A DNA stretch of 64,000 nt from IMG/VR virus record IMGVR_UViG_3300035211_000097, positions 1-64,000 of that record, one strand, 5' to 3'. Origin of the DNA: a virus. The notes under the pieces were generated by a model. It was given only the letters and a program-made list of their open reading frames with translations, searched no databases and was not told the DNA's origin. This document shows, one piece after another, positions 26,729-35,733 of this stretch; position 1 is the first letter of the stretch, and each line of letters begins with the position of its first letter. The translations under genes were made by a program, and so were the position numbers.

Positions 26729-26752
26729 AGGGCTACCTTAACCGGTAGCCCT
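26729..26752 (+). terminator. Hairpin after MCP (terminator or mRNA stabiliser)
   Basis: AGGGCTACC-TTAACC-GGTAGCCCT, no T run. Confidence 0.5.
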
Positions 26753-26772
26753 ATAATACGTGAGGTAATTTT

Positions 26773-27117
26773 ATGAGTAAGAGAATGAGCTATCGTGATC
26801 GACTTATTGCTTCATCTCCGGTATGGTCAGAAATTCTGCAAAGGACTACACCTTTTGTACAGAATAAACTGATTACCGGTGGAGCTGCCGGTCAGCTTGC
26901 TGTCTCTGGTATCAAAAAGGGTGATGAGATTGTTTCTGTAATAAATCTCACGACCCCTGCCGATATGACTGATGAGTTTAAGGCCAATGACATCGCTTCA
27001 GGCGAAGACAAAGGTATGAATGCTACTGATGGATATATCGATAATACCGGTGGTACAGCAACAACCGCAGAAAATCTTCTGGTATCTTACCTGTCATGGG
27101 TAGATGTCACTGCATAA
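26773..27117 (+). CDS. Putative head decoration/virion protein
   Basis: Follows MCP; G/T/A-rich. Confidence 0.55.
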   Translation: MSKRMSYRDRLIASSPVWSEILQRTTPFVQNKLITGGAAGQLAVSGIKKGDEIVSVINLTTPADMTDEFKANDIASGEDKGMNATDGYIDNTGGTATTAENLLVSYLSWVDVTA

Positions 27118-27129
27118 AAGGAATAAATT

Positions 27130-27657
27130 ATGGGATCAGCTACAGTTGTTTTTTCGGAAACAAATGGGGTTCTTGCCTCTGCGGTTACGACCAATGATAT
27201 TGCCAATATAAACTTTGGCAGTGCTGATGTGGCAGAACTGACCCCTGCGACTTATCCTATTGTGGCACAGGCTGATGGACATAGCTATGAAAAATGGCTC
27301 AGGCTTCAGCTTACAAATTTAGGTGTAGCGTCCATCGTTGATAACTTTAAAATGTGGTTGTCGGCTGGCTCGTATGTAACCGGAGAAGGTATCAGCTGTA
27401 ATTTGGTAACCTCTGGTTATTCTCAGGCATCGTACCCATCAGGAGGCCCTGTAGACAGTGACTCTTCAGAGGCTACACAGGCTATGCCTACTTCGGAACC
27501 GGCTTCTGCTAATATTGGTGTGGGAGGTTCCCTTACCGGGCAGTTAACGGCGACAGGATATACAGATTACATCGTGCTTCAGCTCGATGTGACAGCATCG
27601 ACTCCATCAGGTTCTGTAAACCAGAAAACCATAACAATCCAATGGGATGAACAATAA
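27130..27657 (+). CDS. Putative virion structural protein
   Basis: Beta-rich, S/T/A-rich; SYEKWLR...WDE. Confidence 0.55.
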   Translation: MGSATVVFSETNGVLASAVTTNDIANINFGSADVAELTPATYPIVAQADGHSYEKWLRLQLTNLGVASIVDNFKMWLSAGSYVTGEGISCNLVTSGYSQASYPSGGPVDSDSSEATQAMPTSEPASANIGVGGSLTGQLTATGYTDYIVLQLDVTASTPSGSVNQKTITIQWDEQ

Positions 27658-27667
27658 AGGGACAAAT

Positions 27668-27692
27668 AAGGGGAGTGTAAAAACTCCCTTTT
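27668..27692 (+). terminator. Rho-independent terminator
   Basis: AAGGGGAGT-GTAAAA-ACTCCCTTT-T. Confidence 0.65.
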
Positions 27693-27709
27693 ATTTAAGG
27701 GACTAAACT

Positions 27710-28081
27710 ATGTTAGAAATTTTCGCAGTTAAAGGGCAGACGACAGAGAAAATCGAGTTTACTGATATTAAAAAGCAGGCAGAGAGTATCAGCAAACTTG
27801 TTTTTTTATGGGATTTTAGTTCAGTTGTCGTGGACCCGAAAAAAAGAACATTTATTATAAACGGGGGCCGTGAGTTTATTTTGCAGGAAGCTGAGGGTCT
27901 TAATTTTGCTTGTTTTAGAAGAAATCGGCAGAGTTTCGGATTAAATGGAGAACAAAAAAGTGAGGCTGAAGTATCATCTTATCTAATTGGTTTTCATGGT
28001 ATAATAAAATCAGAAAAGAAAGAAGTTTATCTACAAATTTCAGCTGATGGAAAAAATTGGCACTGGATAGATAAACGATAA
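27710..28081 (+). CDS. Hypothetical protein
   Basis: Complete ORF; contains an internal class B promoter at 27997. Confidence 0.6.
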   Translation: MLEIFAVKGQTTEKIEFTDIKKQAESISKLVFLWDFSSVVVDPKKRTFIINGGREFILQEAEGLNFACFRRNRQSFGLNGEQKSEAEVSSYLIGFHGIIKSEKKEVYLQISADGKNWHWIDKR

Positions 28082-28090
28082 GGATTGTAT

Positions 28091-29980
28091 ATGATTTACA
28101 TAAAGAATACCGGAGCTTCTTATTATTATATTCCTGTAGGCCCATTTGTAGACGAGGCAGATGGGTATACTTTGGAAACAGGATTAACTATCCCGAATAC
28201 AGAAGTACTTCTCAGTAAAAATGGGGGTGCTTTTTCAGCTAAGAATGATACTACAGCTTTATCCCACGATGCAAATGGGATGTATACATGCGATTTAAAC
28301 ATTACAGATATTCCTGCTGATTTTGTGGGCACAATAGAAATTTCTGTAAAAAACAGTGGAGCAAGAATTGTTACTCGTCAAATACAAGTAATGTCTGAAA
28401 GGGCGTACGATGAGCAGTTTACTGGAAATTCTCGTTATGATGATGCTATATATGTAGATCAGACACTCGGTTCTTCTGGAACTGCTTATCCGATAGGTAG
28501 AGCTGATAGCCCATCCGACAATTTGACTGATGCTTTATCGATTGCTTCAGCTAACGGTATCCGGGTAATAAGGATTGCAGAGGGTACATTTGTAGGTGGT
28601 TCGAGTTTACCTGCTGATATTTCAGGGTATACATTTGAAGCATTGGGGTCAAACACTCAATGCGTATTATATTTCCAGTCTACTAATATTAATGACTGTA
28701 TTATTATTGGATTTTCTGTATTTGGTACGGCTGTAGGTATTGCTGTTTTCAGGGAGTGTGCTTTTGGTGGCAATATGACTGCTTGTGGCTTCTATTATGA
28801 TTGTACACAGCTTTCATATACGTTTACACTTGATCCTACTTTCCTTTCTGTTTTCAGAAATCTGGTAGTCATGGCCATTATGACTATAGACTATTCATCT
28901 CCAAGTGTTTGTTCTGCTGGGGCATCTTTGGAGTTTGGTGTTATCCATTTAGATAATATGTCAACAGGAGATACTTTTGTATTGACAATGAACGGTGGAG
29001 AACTTCAGGTAAATTCTTCTTGTACTGATGGAACCGTTGTTGTTTATGGTGATGGAGTAATTATTGATGCTTCAGGTGGAGCAGTATCTATTTCAGATTA
29101 TACGACACGACAGTCTGTTGGAGGTGCTACTCCGGGGGCGATAGCTGATGCAGTTTTGGATGAGCTTATTGCAGGACACACCACCGCAGGCTCTTTAGGA
29201 CAGTCTGTCACAGATATGCTGGCTAATCAGGCTGTCATGGATGGAAAATTGGATACCATTGATACTGAAGTAGGGAGTGTCGATGGTAAAGTAGATATTA
29301 TTGATACAGTTGTGGACGGGATTGATACCAAGGTCGATGCTTTGCCGTCTTCTGCGGATATTGCTGATGATGTCTGGGATGAACCACTGGCCGATCATCA
29401 AGGCGCAGGTTCTACCGGGGAGGCTTTGGATAATGCTTCCGCAGGTGGCAGCGTTCCTACTGTCAATGAAATTGTTGCAGGAGTCTGGTCTGAACCTTTG
29501 GCCGGGTACACTACTCCTAATACTGCCGGGGAAACGTTGTCAGATATCGATGACGTGCAGACCAATCAGGCTGTCATGGATGGAAAATTGGATATTATAG
29601 ACGGTAATGTTGATGCAGCACTGGTAAATCAGACCAGCATAGAAGGAAAGATTGACGGTATTGTTACCAGTGTTGCCGGTATTCCGGGAGCTGTATGGGA
29701 AGAGCTTCTTGCTTCACATACGACAGTGGATACTTTTGGTGAACGCATAAATAATCTCTCTGAAGCTACGGTTACAGAAATTGTTGATGCGGTATGGGAT
29801 AAAGATGTCTCAGGTACACTTACAGTAGACTCAGCAGGTGAATGTATTAAAAATATATTGAAGTTTACAGGAAATAATATTACCAGATCGGGTACTGTAA
29901 TCACTATCTATGAAGATGATGGGGTTACTGCGTGGGCTACTTTTGATCTGGCTAATTTGGGAAGAGAGAGGTTGTCATAA
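28091..29980 (+). CDS. Virion fibre-like protein: beta-helix middle and five IADAVWDE-type repeats
   Basis: IYVD...GT..P.G....P start of beta-helix; repeats IADAVLDE, IADDVWDE, IVAGVWSE, IPGAVWEE, IVDAVWDK. Confidence 0.65.
   Translation: MIYIKNTGASYYYIPVGPFVDEADGYTLETGLTIPNTEVLLSKNGGAFSAKNDTTALSHDANGMYTCDLNITDIPADFVGTIEISVKNSGARIVTRQIQVMSERAYDEQFTGNSRYDDAIYVDQTLGSSGTAYPIGRADSPSDNLTDALSIASANGIRVIRIAEGTFVGGSSLPADISGYTFEALGSNTQCVLYFQSTNINDCIIIGFSVFGTAVGIAVFRECAFGGNMTACGFYYDCTQLSYTFTLDPTFLSVFRNLVVMAIMTIDYSSPSVCSAGASLEFGVIHLDNMSTGDTFVLTMNGGELQVNSSCTDGTVVVYGDGVIIDASGGAVSISDYTTRQSVGGATPGAIADAVLDELIAGHTTAGSLGQSVTDMLANQAVMDGKLDTIDTEVGSVDGKVDIIDTVVDGIDTKVDALPSSADIADDVWDEPLADHQGAGSTGEALDNASAGGSVPTVNEIVAGVWSEPLAGYTTPNTAGETLSDIDDVQTNQAVMDGKLDIIDGNVDAALVNQTSIEGKIDGIVTSVAGIPGAVWEELLASHTTVDTFGERINNLSEATVTEIVDAVWDKDVSGTLTVDSAGECIKNILKFTGNNITRSGTVITIYEDDGVTAWATFDLANLGRERLS
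29225..29594 (+). repeat. 31-bp exact direct repeat (29225-29255 and 29564-29594)
   Basis: AATCAGGCTGTCATGGATGGAAAATTGGATA encoding NQAVMDGKLD twice. Confidence 0.85.
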
Positions 29981-30132
29981 TGTTTTTGTTTTTAGAGGGT
30001 AATCCTTTTCTGTTTATTTTAACAGGATTGTTTGATATAGAGACAGTTCCTTTACTCCCTCCCACAGTCGTTAAGATTGATAATATTGATCGATATAATC
30101 ATAAAATTATAGTGTCTTCCAAAAGAGGGTAA
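29980..30132 (+). CDS. Small hypothetical protein (50 aa)
   Basis: TAATG coupling; fills the gap exactly. Confidence 0.5.
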   Translation: MFLFLEGNPFLFILTGLFDIETVPLLPPTVVKIDNIDRYNHKIIVSSKRG

Positions 30133-30133
30133 T

Positions 30134-32758
30134 ATGAATAGATTACTTTTTGATATTGATAATATCTCTGAAGTTCTTAATTATTATGATCAGATAAAAG
30201 TTTTTCGTACTGATGCCAGTGATATTATTATTATAGATGATCCCGGACAGGAATATGAAGAGGATTTTAACAATTCTACAGGTTTTTCTTTTGATACTGA
30301 TCGGATAGAATTTGTTGGAGGTAATTTACAGCAGAAAGCGGTAGATACTCCGGGACAAAATTTCACGGAAGATTTTGCAGACGACACTGATTTTACTTAT
30401 GATAGTGATAAAGCAGAATTCGCTGGTGGATTAGTAAGACAAAAAGACCAGCGGGAAGCTGTAGATAATTTTTACGTACCCTTTACTTCAGACATGGATG
30501 CAACCAGATATGGTGGTAACCCGATTGGTACGGCGCAAAATGGTGCAATAATAACGGCTGGCGAATTGGATTTGTCTGCTGCAAATGCTTATGCCATATG
30601 GGACGCAGCCAACAATTGTGATTCTGCACAGCAGGGTACGATAGAATTTTATTTCAGACCTAATTATAATTCTTCGCCACTGGCTCAATCATATATTTTT
30701 ACAGTTTTTCATAATGGAGACAACAGAAATCTTATCAATTTATATCATTTGGCGGGTGGTGCTATACAATTACAATGTTATAATTCCGCAGGATTTCTGG
30801 AGATAAATACAAGCTTGGGAGTATGGAATCCGACAGCAGGTCAAAGATACAGAATATCATTTAACTATGATTTTACGAACGGAGCTACCAGATTATTCAT
30901 CGATGGAGTACAACAGGGATCAACACAAATAGATACTTTTACAAGAGATTCAGGCGATATAGATAATATAATATTGGGTGCAAACAGGGCGGGTACATTT
31001 GGTATTGACGGATTATTTGATGATCTTCAGTGTTTTGATTCTGTTCAGCACACAGTAAATTATACGCCGTCCATTCCTGCGGAGTACGCTTTTTTAGGGT
31101 CAAGCGTAATACTGCCAGAAATGGAACACATAGGCACAGGTATTACTTCTTTTGACTCTTTTGTTGTTACAGGGGCTGGTACTCCCCGGTTTATACTAAA
31201 CGGCCAGTACTGGACAGGTAGTGCGTGGGCTTCTTCAGATAATTCATATGCACAAGCAAGTACTGAAAGCGATATAAATGCAAATATATCTACCTTGACC
31301 GTGGCAGGACTTACATTAAATATAAGTGTTGTTTTTACAGATGATCAAGTACAAAGTACGGTGAATGAAATTTCTGTAGGTTATACATCCTTTAGTTACT
31401 TGGAAAGCACAGTAATTCTTCCTGATATGAATTATTCCGGGGTAGGAAGTGTACAAAGTTTTGATGCTTTTGCTTCAGATGAAAATCGAGAGGCTCATTA
31501 TATTTTAAATAATCAGTATTATAATGGGAGCCAATGGGTAGCCAGTAATGGATTGCTTACACAATCGAATACATTGACTGAAGTACAGGATAACATAGAC
31601 ACTTTGGAAAGCAGTGATGCTCTACGTATAAAAATGATTATTGAAGCAAACAATGTTCAATTTATTATTTCTGAATTGACAGTAGAATACACAGGGCAGA
31701 CTAATCCGCCTCCGGGAGCTGATGGTTATAATGAGATCACAGATTCGGAAACACGTATAGCTATTATTCCTGAAAGAACACAATATTATTTTGTAGATGA
31801 CAGTGGTGACGAAACACATTATTATAAAACGGCTTACTACAATTCAGTTACTCAAGCGCAGAGTAATACAAGCGATCCTATACAGGGATCAGTGGAACCG
31901 GGTAAACTGGGGTACACTTTTGGTAATTATACACCGCCTCCCGGAGAGTGGGGCGAAGTCCTTACGCCTGATGATATCAGATACACCTATATGTTTGGTA
32001 TAGATGCTATTGCCAACGATCAGAATGAAACAGAATTTACAGATGATCAATTTCGGTATTTTGTAGAAAGTGCTGTGGCTGATTTTGAAGCATTTCTGAC
32101 TATTGATATTAAGAAAAGGGTTTATGTGACAAGTCCTGATGATGAATTGGTTCAGTCTGTTGACTGGCGTGAGGGTGTGGATTACACAAATGAAGAAGAC
32201 CCGTACCCGTTTATTCCCGAACACTGGAAAGAATATGGCTTTATTCAGCTTAGGCACTGTCCTGTTTTGTCAGTAGAACGGGCAATTATGTATTCACCAG
32301 TAAAAGGTGAAATTCTTGATCTCATGGAATGGATACGTTATCGAAAGGCTGTAGGTCAGCTGAATTTTTACCCAAAACAGGGATCAGGATACGGGCCGTA
32401 CAATATTTACGGTATGCCATGGCATCTTCAGGGTAGACAATATCCTGAGGGTTTTGAGATAGACTACTCTACCGGTTTCAAGACATCTGATTTTGTACCG
32501 AAAAATCTGAGAAATGTAATTGGCATGTGGGCTACAATAAAAGCATTGGATACTATTGGTGACGGTTTACTTGCCGGTTTTAGTTCACAGAGTGTTTCAT
32601 TAGATGGCTTAAGTGAAAGTTTTTCCAGCACACAATCGGCTACTTCTGCTTATTTCGGTGCAAGGATCAAAAGTTATATCGATCAAATACAGGATTACCT
32701 GAAGAGAAACCGGTATAAGTGGGGTGCTATCCCTATATCTTTTGTCGGAGTTAATTAG
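30134..32758 (+). CDS. Head-tail adaptor (neck) protein with inserted LamG/concanavalin-like domain
   Basis: C-terminal GFSSQSVSLDGLSES.S.TQSA....FGARI; central GTIEFYFRP...TRLFIDG...FDDL. Confidence 0.75.
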   Translation: MNRLLFDIDNISEVLNYYDQIKVFRTDASDIIIIDDPGQEYEEDFNNSTGFSFDTDRIEFVGGNLQQKAVDTPGQNFTEDFADDTDFTYDSDKAEFAGGLVRQKDQREAVDNFYVPFTSDMDATRYGGNPIGTAQNGAIITAGELDLSAANAYAIWDAANNCDSAQQGTIEFYFRPNYNSSPLAQSYIFTVFHNGDNRNLINLYHLAGGAIQLQCYNSAGFLEINTSLGVWNPTAGQRYRISFNYDFTNGATRLFIDGVQQGSTQIDTFTRDSGDIDNIILGANRAGTFGIDGLFDDLQCFDSVQHTVNYTPSIPAEYAFLGSSVILPEMEHIGTGITSFDSFVVTGAGTPRFILNGQYWTGSAWASSDNSYAQASTESDINANISTLTVAGLTLNISVVFTDDQVQSTVNEISVGYTSFSYLESTVILPDMNYSGVGSVQSFDAFASDENREAHYILNNQYYNGSQWVASNGLLTQSNTLTEVQDNIDTLESSDALRIKMIIEANNVQFIISELTVEYTGQTNPPPGADGYNEITDSETRIAIIPERTQYYFVDDSGDETHYYKTAYYNSVTQAQSNTSDPIQGSVEPGKLGYTFGNYTPPPGEWGEVLTPDDIRYTYMFGIDAIANDQNETEFTDDQFRYFVESAVADFEAFLTIDIKKRVYVTSPDDELVQSVDWREGVDYTNEEDPYPFIPEHWKEYGFIQLRHCPVLSVERAIMYSPVKGEILDLMEWIRYRKAVGQLNFYPKQGSGYGPYNIYGMPWHLQGRQYPEGFEIDYSTGFKTSDFVPKNLRNVIGMWATIKALDTIGDGLLAGFSSQSVSLDGLSESFSSTQSATSAYFGARIKSYIDQIQDYLKRNRYKWGAIPISFVGVN

Positions 32759-33870
32759 TGGCAGCCGGTTTTCAGACGTTTCAAACAGTAAAAAACTATG
32801 ACGATGCTCTGGGTAGACATGGTCAGTGGGTGCGCTGGCTGAAAGGGTCGAAATGCGCTTGTGTGCATGGTATACAAAAGCAGCCTGACCCACAATGTAA
32901 TTTGTGTGATGGTAAAGGGTTTGTATACAGGAATCCTGATGAATTTACAGTCTTACAGGAAAATTTAAAATATGGCGGTTCCGGGATTTATTATCCATTA
33001 CAGACACCTGTGGTTAGTATACAGTCGATAACACATCAGGGAGTCGATCTTACTTTATCAGGATCACAGCCAGCAGACGGTAGTTATATAGCTATCGATT
33101 TTCCATATTTGAAACCATACAATCGGGTGAAATGTGATTACACTTATAGCTCAAAAACATCGGTGACTGATGAAAACAGTGAAGTAATTGCTGATAACAT
33201 TTTAAGGACAGTGGCTACCCGGTTTACGGAAAAAGGGAAAACATTTGAGGGTTCTGTGTTTTCTGTATCCAAGGTTTACAATGCTACCAAGGATGAGAAT
33301 TACACGGTATCTTCTTTTTCAAAAGAATTTATTTATCTGGTAGACATGGGGACATGGGCCTCCGGGGATGTTTTGGAAGTGAGCTATACATATATTCATC
33401 CATTTTACTTTATGATGCATACCGTTTCTGAAAAAATGAGATATGAAAAATCTTATATTTTGGAAAGTGCTGATGCCATATTAGTAGCACCGAGTTGGTT
33501 CACTCTCTCCGCAGATGATCTTTTTACAGCACTGGCGCAGGAAGCAGTAGGCCGGATAATTATTAACCCGACAGCTCGTACAGGGAATGATATTATAGAG
33601 AATGTTTTTGATCTGGCGAGTGTTCCTTATGTGATGGACAAGAATGGAGTATCGTATAAAGAAGGGACTAATTTTGTTGTTACAAATAGGAACGAACTGA
33701 AATGGATAACAAGTAAACCGACAGTTAATTACAGCGTAGAGTATCTGCATCATCCTACTTTTCGGGGACTGGGTGAAATGTCTACAGTCAGGAATGCAGA
33801 GAACAAAGTGTTTGCAAACAGGATAAACGTGAAACTCTGGCAGGGAGCTTCTGAGGGAATGATGTTTTGA
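32758..33870 (+). CDS. Neck / head-closure protein
   Basis: HGQ.V.W....CAC......P.C.LC.G.G; position. Confidence 0.7.
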   Translation: MAAGFQTFQTVKNYDDALGRHGQWVRWLKGSKCACVHGIQKQPDPQCNLCDGKGFVYRNPDEFTVLQENLKYGGSGIYYPLQTPVVSIQSITHQGVDLTLSGSQPADGSYIAIDFPYLKPYNRVKCDYTYSSKTSVTDENSEVIADNILRTVATRFTEKGKTFEGSVFSVSKVYNATKDENYTVSSFSKEFIYLVDMGTWASGDVLEVSYTYIHPFYFMMHTVSEKMRYEKSYILESADAILVAPSWFTLSADDLFTALAQEAVGRIIINPTARTGNDIIENVFDLASVPYVMDKNGVSYKEGTNFVVTNRNELKWITSKPTVNYSVEYLHHPTFRGLGEMSTVRNAENKVFANRINVKLWQGASEGMMF

Positions 33871-34733
33871 GTACAATAAATGTCAAAATAACAGACTTTG
33901 TCCCTGAATTTATGTCTTTAATGCAGAAAGGTTATGGGGATAGAGTGTTCACAAATTCTCTGGCAGCAATGCGTACAATAGGTAGGATGTATCAGAAAGT
34001 TTGGCGACAATTTGCCAGTGGTGAAAAAGTTGTTCCGGGCAGCCCTCCTATATTTTCAAAAGGGCCTTATACTCGGTCAATACAAATAGACGAGTCCACA
34101 TCGAATGTTATTTCTGTGTATACTGATTATTATGGCCATGAATACATAGAAAAAGGGCATCCTCAGATTGATTTAAAGCCGGGCCTGTTAAGTGGCCCTA
34201 AAGCACGGCAGGGAAAGAAAGGCCCTTATAATATTGTACATTTCAGGCACGGTGTTCCGGGTAGTGATCCCCACAGGAATAATCCTATGCCTGTCAGCAT
34301 ATACGATGAAATACGCAGGCTTACTAAGGAAGCTGATGAAAAGAAACAGGCCGGTTTGGACTCTAAACCCGGAGGTTCACGGGTTACTGGAAATATTCGT
34401 GTTTGGGAATACGGGAAAGACAGGCGATTCCGTTCTTACTTGTGGGGACAAAGTATCAGTAAAACAGATACTACCGGAGGGAAACCGAAAAAACCTACAG
34501 GTTACCAGTGGAAATCCGGGAAATATGCAGGCATGTACCAGATGCAGACATCTACAGGAAGAGCTAAACGGTCGAGTTACATTACTTTTCGGGTCGTGTC
34601 ATACAGAAGTGATCCGACATCATGGATTGTACCGGCCAGACCAGCAATACCTATAAGACAGGCAACAGTTGATTTGGTACGACCTATTGCACAGAATATG
34701 ATCAGGCAAGCAATAGAGAAGGATATAGCATGA
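33867..34733 (+). CDS. Neck / tail completion protein
   Basis: IEKG....DLKP.LL, Y..FR.VS..S...SWI.P. Confidence 0.65.
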   Translation: MSTINVKITDFVPEFMSLMQKGYGDRVFTNSLAAMRTIGRMYQKVWRQFASGEKVVPGSPPIFSKGPYTRSIQIDESTSNVISVYTDYYGHEYIEKGHPQIDLKPGLLSGPKARQGKKGPYNIVHFRHGVPGSDPHRNNPMPVSIYDEIRRLTKEADEKKQAGLDSKPGGSRVTGNIRVWEYGKDRRFRSYLWGQSISKTDTTGGKPKKPTGYQWKSGKYAGMYQMQTSTGRAKRSSYITFRVVSYRSDPTSWIVPARPAIPIRQATVDLVRPIAQNMIRQAIEKDIA

Positions 34734-35515
34734 GTGATACAGGCGAAAACTACTTATTTTCAGATGCTCATATACGGCAGAGTGCTTCTGCAAAACCGGT
34801 AATCATTTTAAGTCAGTTTGATATTGAGACTGAGGTTATTAAAATCGTTCAAAAGTTTTTTCAGGAACTGGAATTTGACAGTATTTATGCAAACTTTGGA
34901 AATATAAATTTAAGTACAGATCACCCGTTTGCTCTTCTTTTATTTGCTGAGAATGTAGGGGAAGACGTGAAACCAGCTACTTTATTTCCTTCTGTTACAG
35001 TGTGTGACAGTGCGGATTCAGAAGACAGGGAAGAGCTGGGTGGTACTTATGCTGAATTTGTTTTTGATTATGATGATCTTAAGGAAATAGAAAATAAAGT
35101 ATCCACAGATTTAATCAGTATATCTGAGAGTAGTCTGGCTCGGTTAAAACAGCATTTTCAAACAAACAGTTCAGCGGTAGCCTACAAGCGAAAGATCAAT
35201 ATAAGAACGACTGTTGATTTTAATGTATGGACTCAGAATAAATTGGTAACAAATTTTATTTATGATTCTTTGAAGCAGTGTATTCGATTATATAATAATG
35301 AATTTAAACAGGCAGGAATGGACATTCATGCAGGAGGTATGACTGGCAGGAAGTCCGGGGATTATAATGTAGACTTTGGTATTTTATTATATGGTGCAAA
35401 TATTTCTGTGCCGGTAGATTATTATATCAGCAGTCTCTATATAGATGTAAATTTGGGCGAGATCAATGATATCGTGGTTGATCCTACTTATCACCATACC
35501 GGGGAGGATGTATAA
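34730..35515 (+). CDS. Putative tail terminator
   Basis: Position before sheath; FPSVTV. Confidence 0.5.
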   Translation: MSDTGENYLFSDAHIRQSASAKPVIILSQFDIETEVIKIVQKFFQELEFDSIYANFGNINLSTDHPFALLLFAENVGEDVKPATLFPSVTVCDSADSEDREELGGTYAEFVFDYDDLKEIENKVSTDLISISESSLARLKQHFQTNSSAVAYKRKINIRTTVDFNVWTQNKLVTNFIYDSLKQCIRLYNNEFKQAGMDIHAGGMTGRKSGDYNVDFGILLYGANISVPVDYYISSLYIDVNLGEINDIVVDPTYHHTGEDV

Positions 35516-35719
35516 ATGGCTGAAGAAGCTAAAAAAGAAGAAACAAAGAAACCGGCAAAAAAGAAAAAAGATGATTCCATGCTGGTAAGCACGTACTTGA
35601 CCCAAAAAGGGATCAAGGAAAAATATCTCGTAGCAAGTCTTCGATTTCAGTATCGTGGTATAATAAAAACAAAGAGTGAATGGGACAACGAATTGAAAGA
35701 CAGGATTAAAACAAACTAA
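35516..35719 (+). CDS. Small protein preceding tail sheath
   Basis: GGAGG RBS. Confidence 0.6.
   Translation: MAEEAKKEETKKPAKKKKDDSMLVSTYLTQKGIKEKYLVASLRFQYRGIIKTKSEWDNELKDRIKTN
35656..35668 (+). promoter_or_regulatory. Class B promoter for sheath/tube
   Basis: TGGTATAATAAAA about 70 bp upstream of the sheath start. Confidence 0.55.
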
Positions 35720-35733
35720 ATAGGAGCTTAAAA

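Noticed and set aside
26728-26749. 18/22 match between the post-MCP hairpin and 8202-8223
   Set aside because: Only two short copies in hairpin-constrained sequence; cannot be distinguished from chance by eye
34192-34656. Alternative-frame + strand ORFs nested in real genes (also 13291, 19096, 29301, 60461)
   Set aside because: No motifs or evident RBS; fully inside better-supported CDSs
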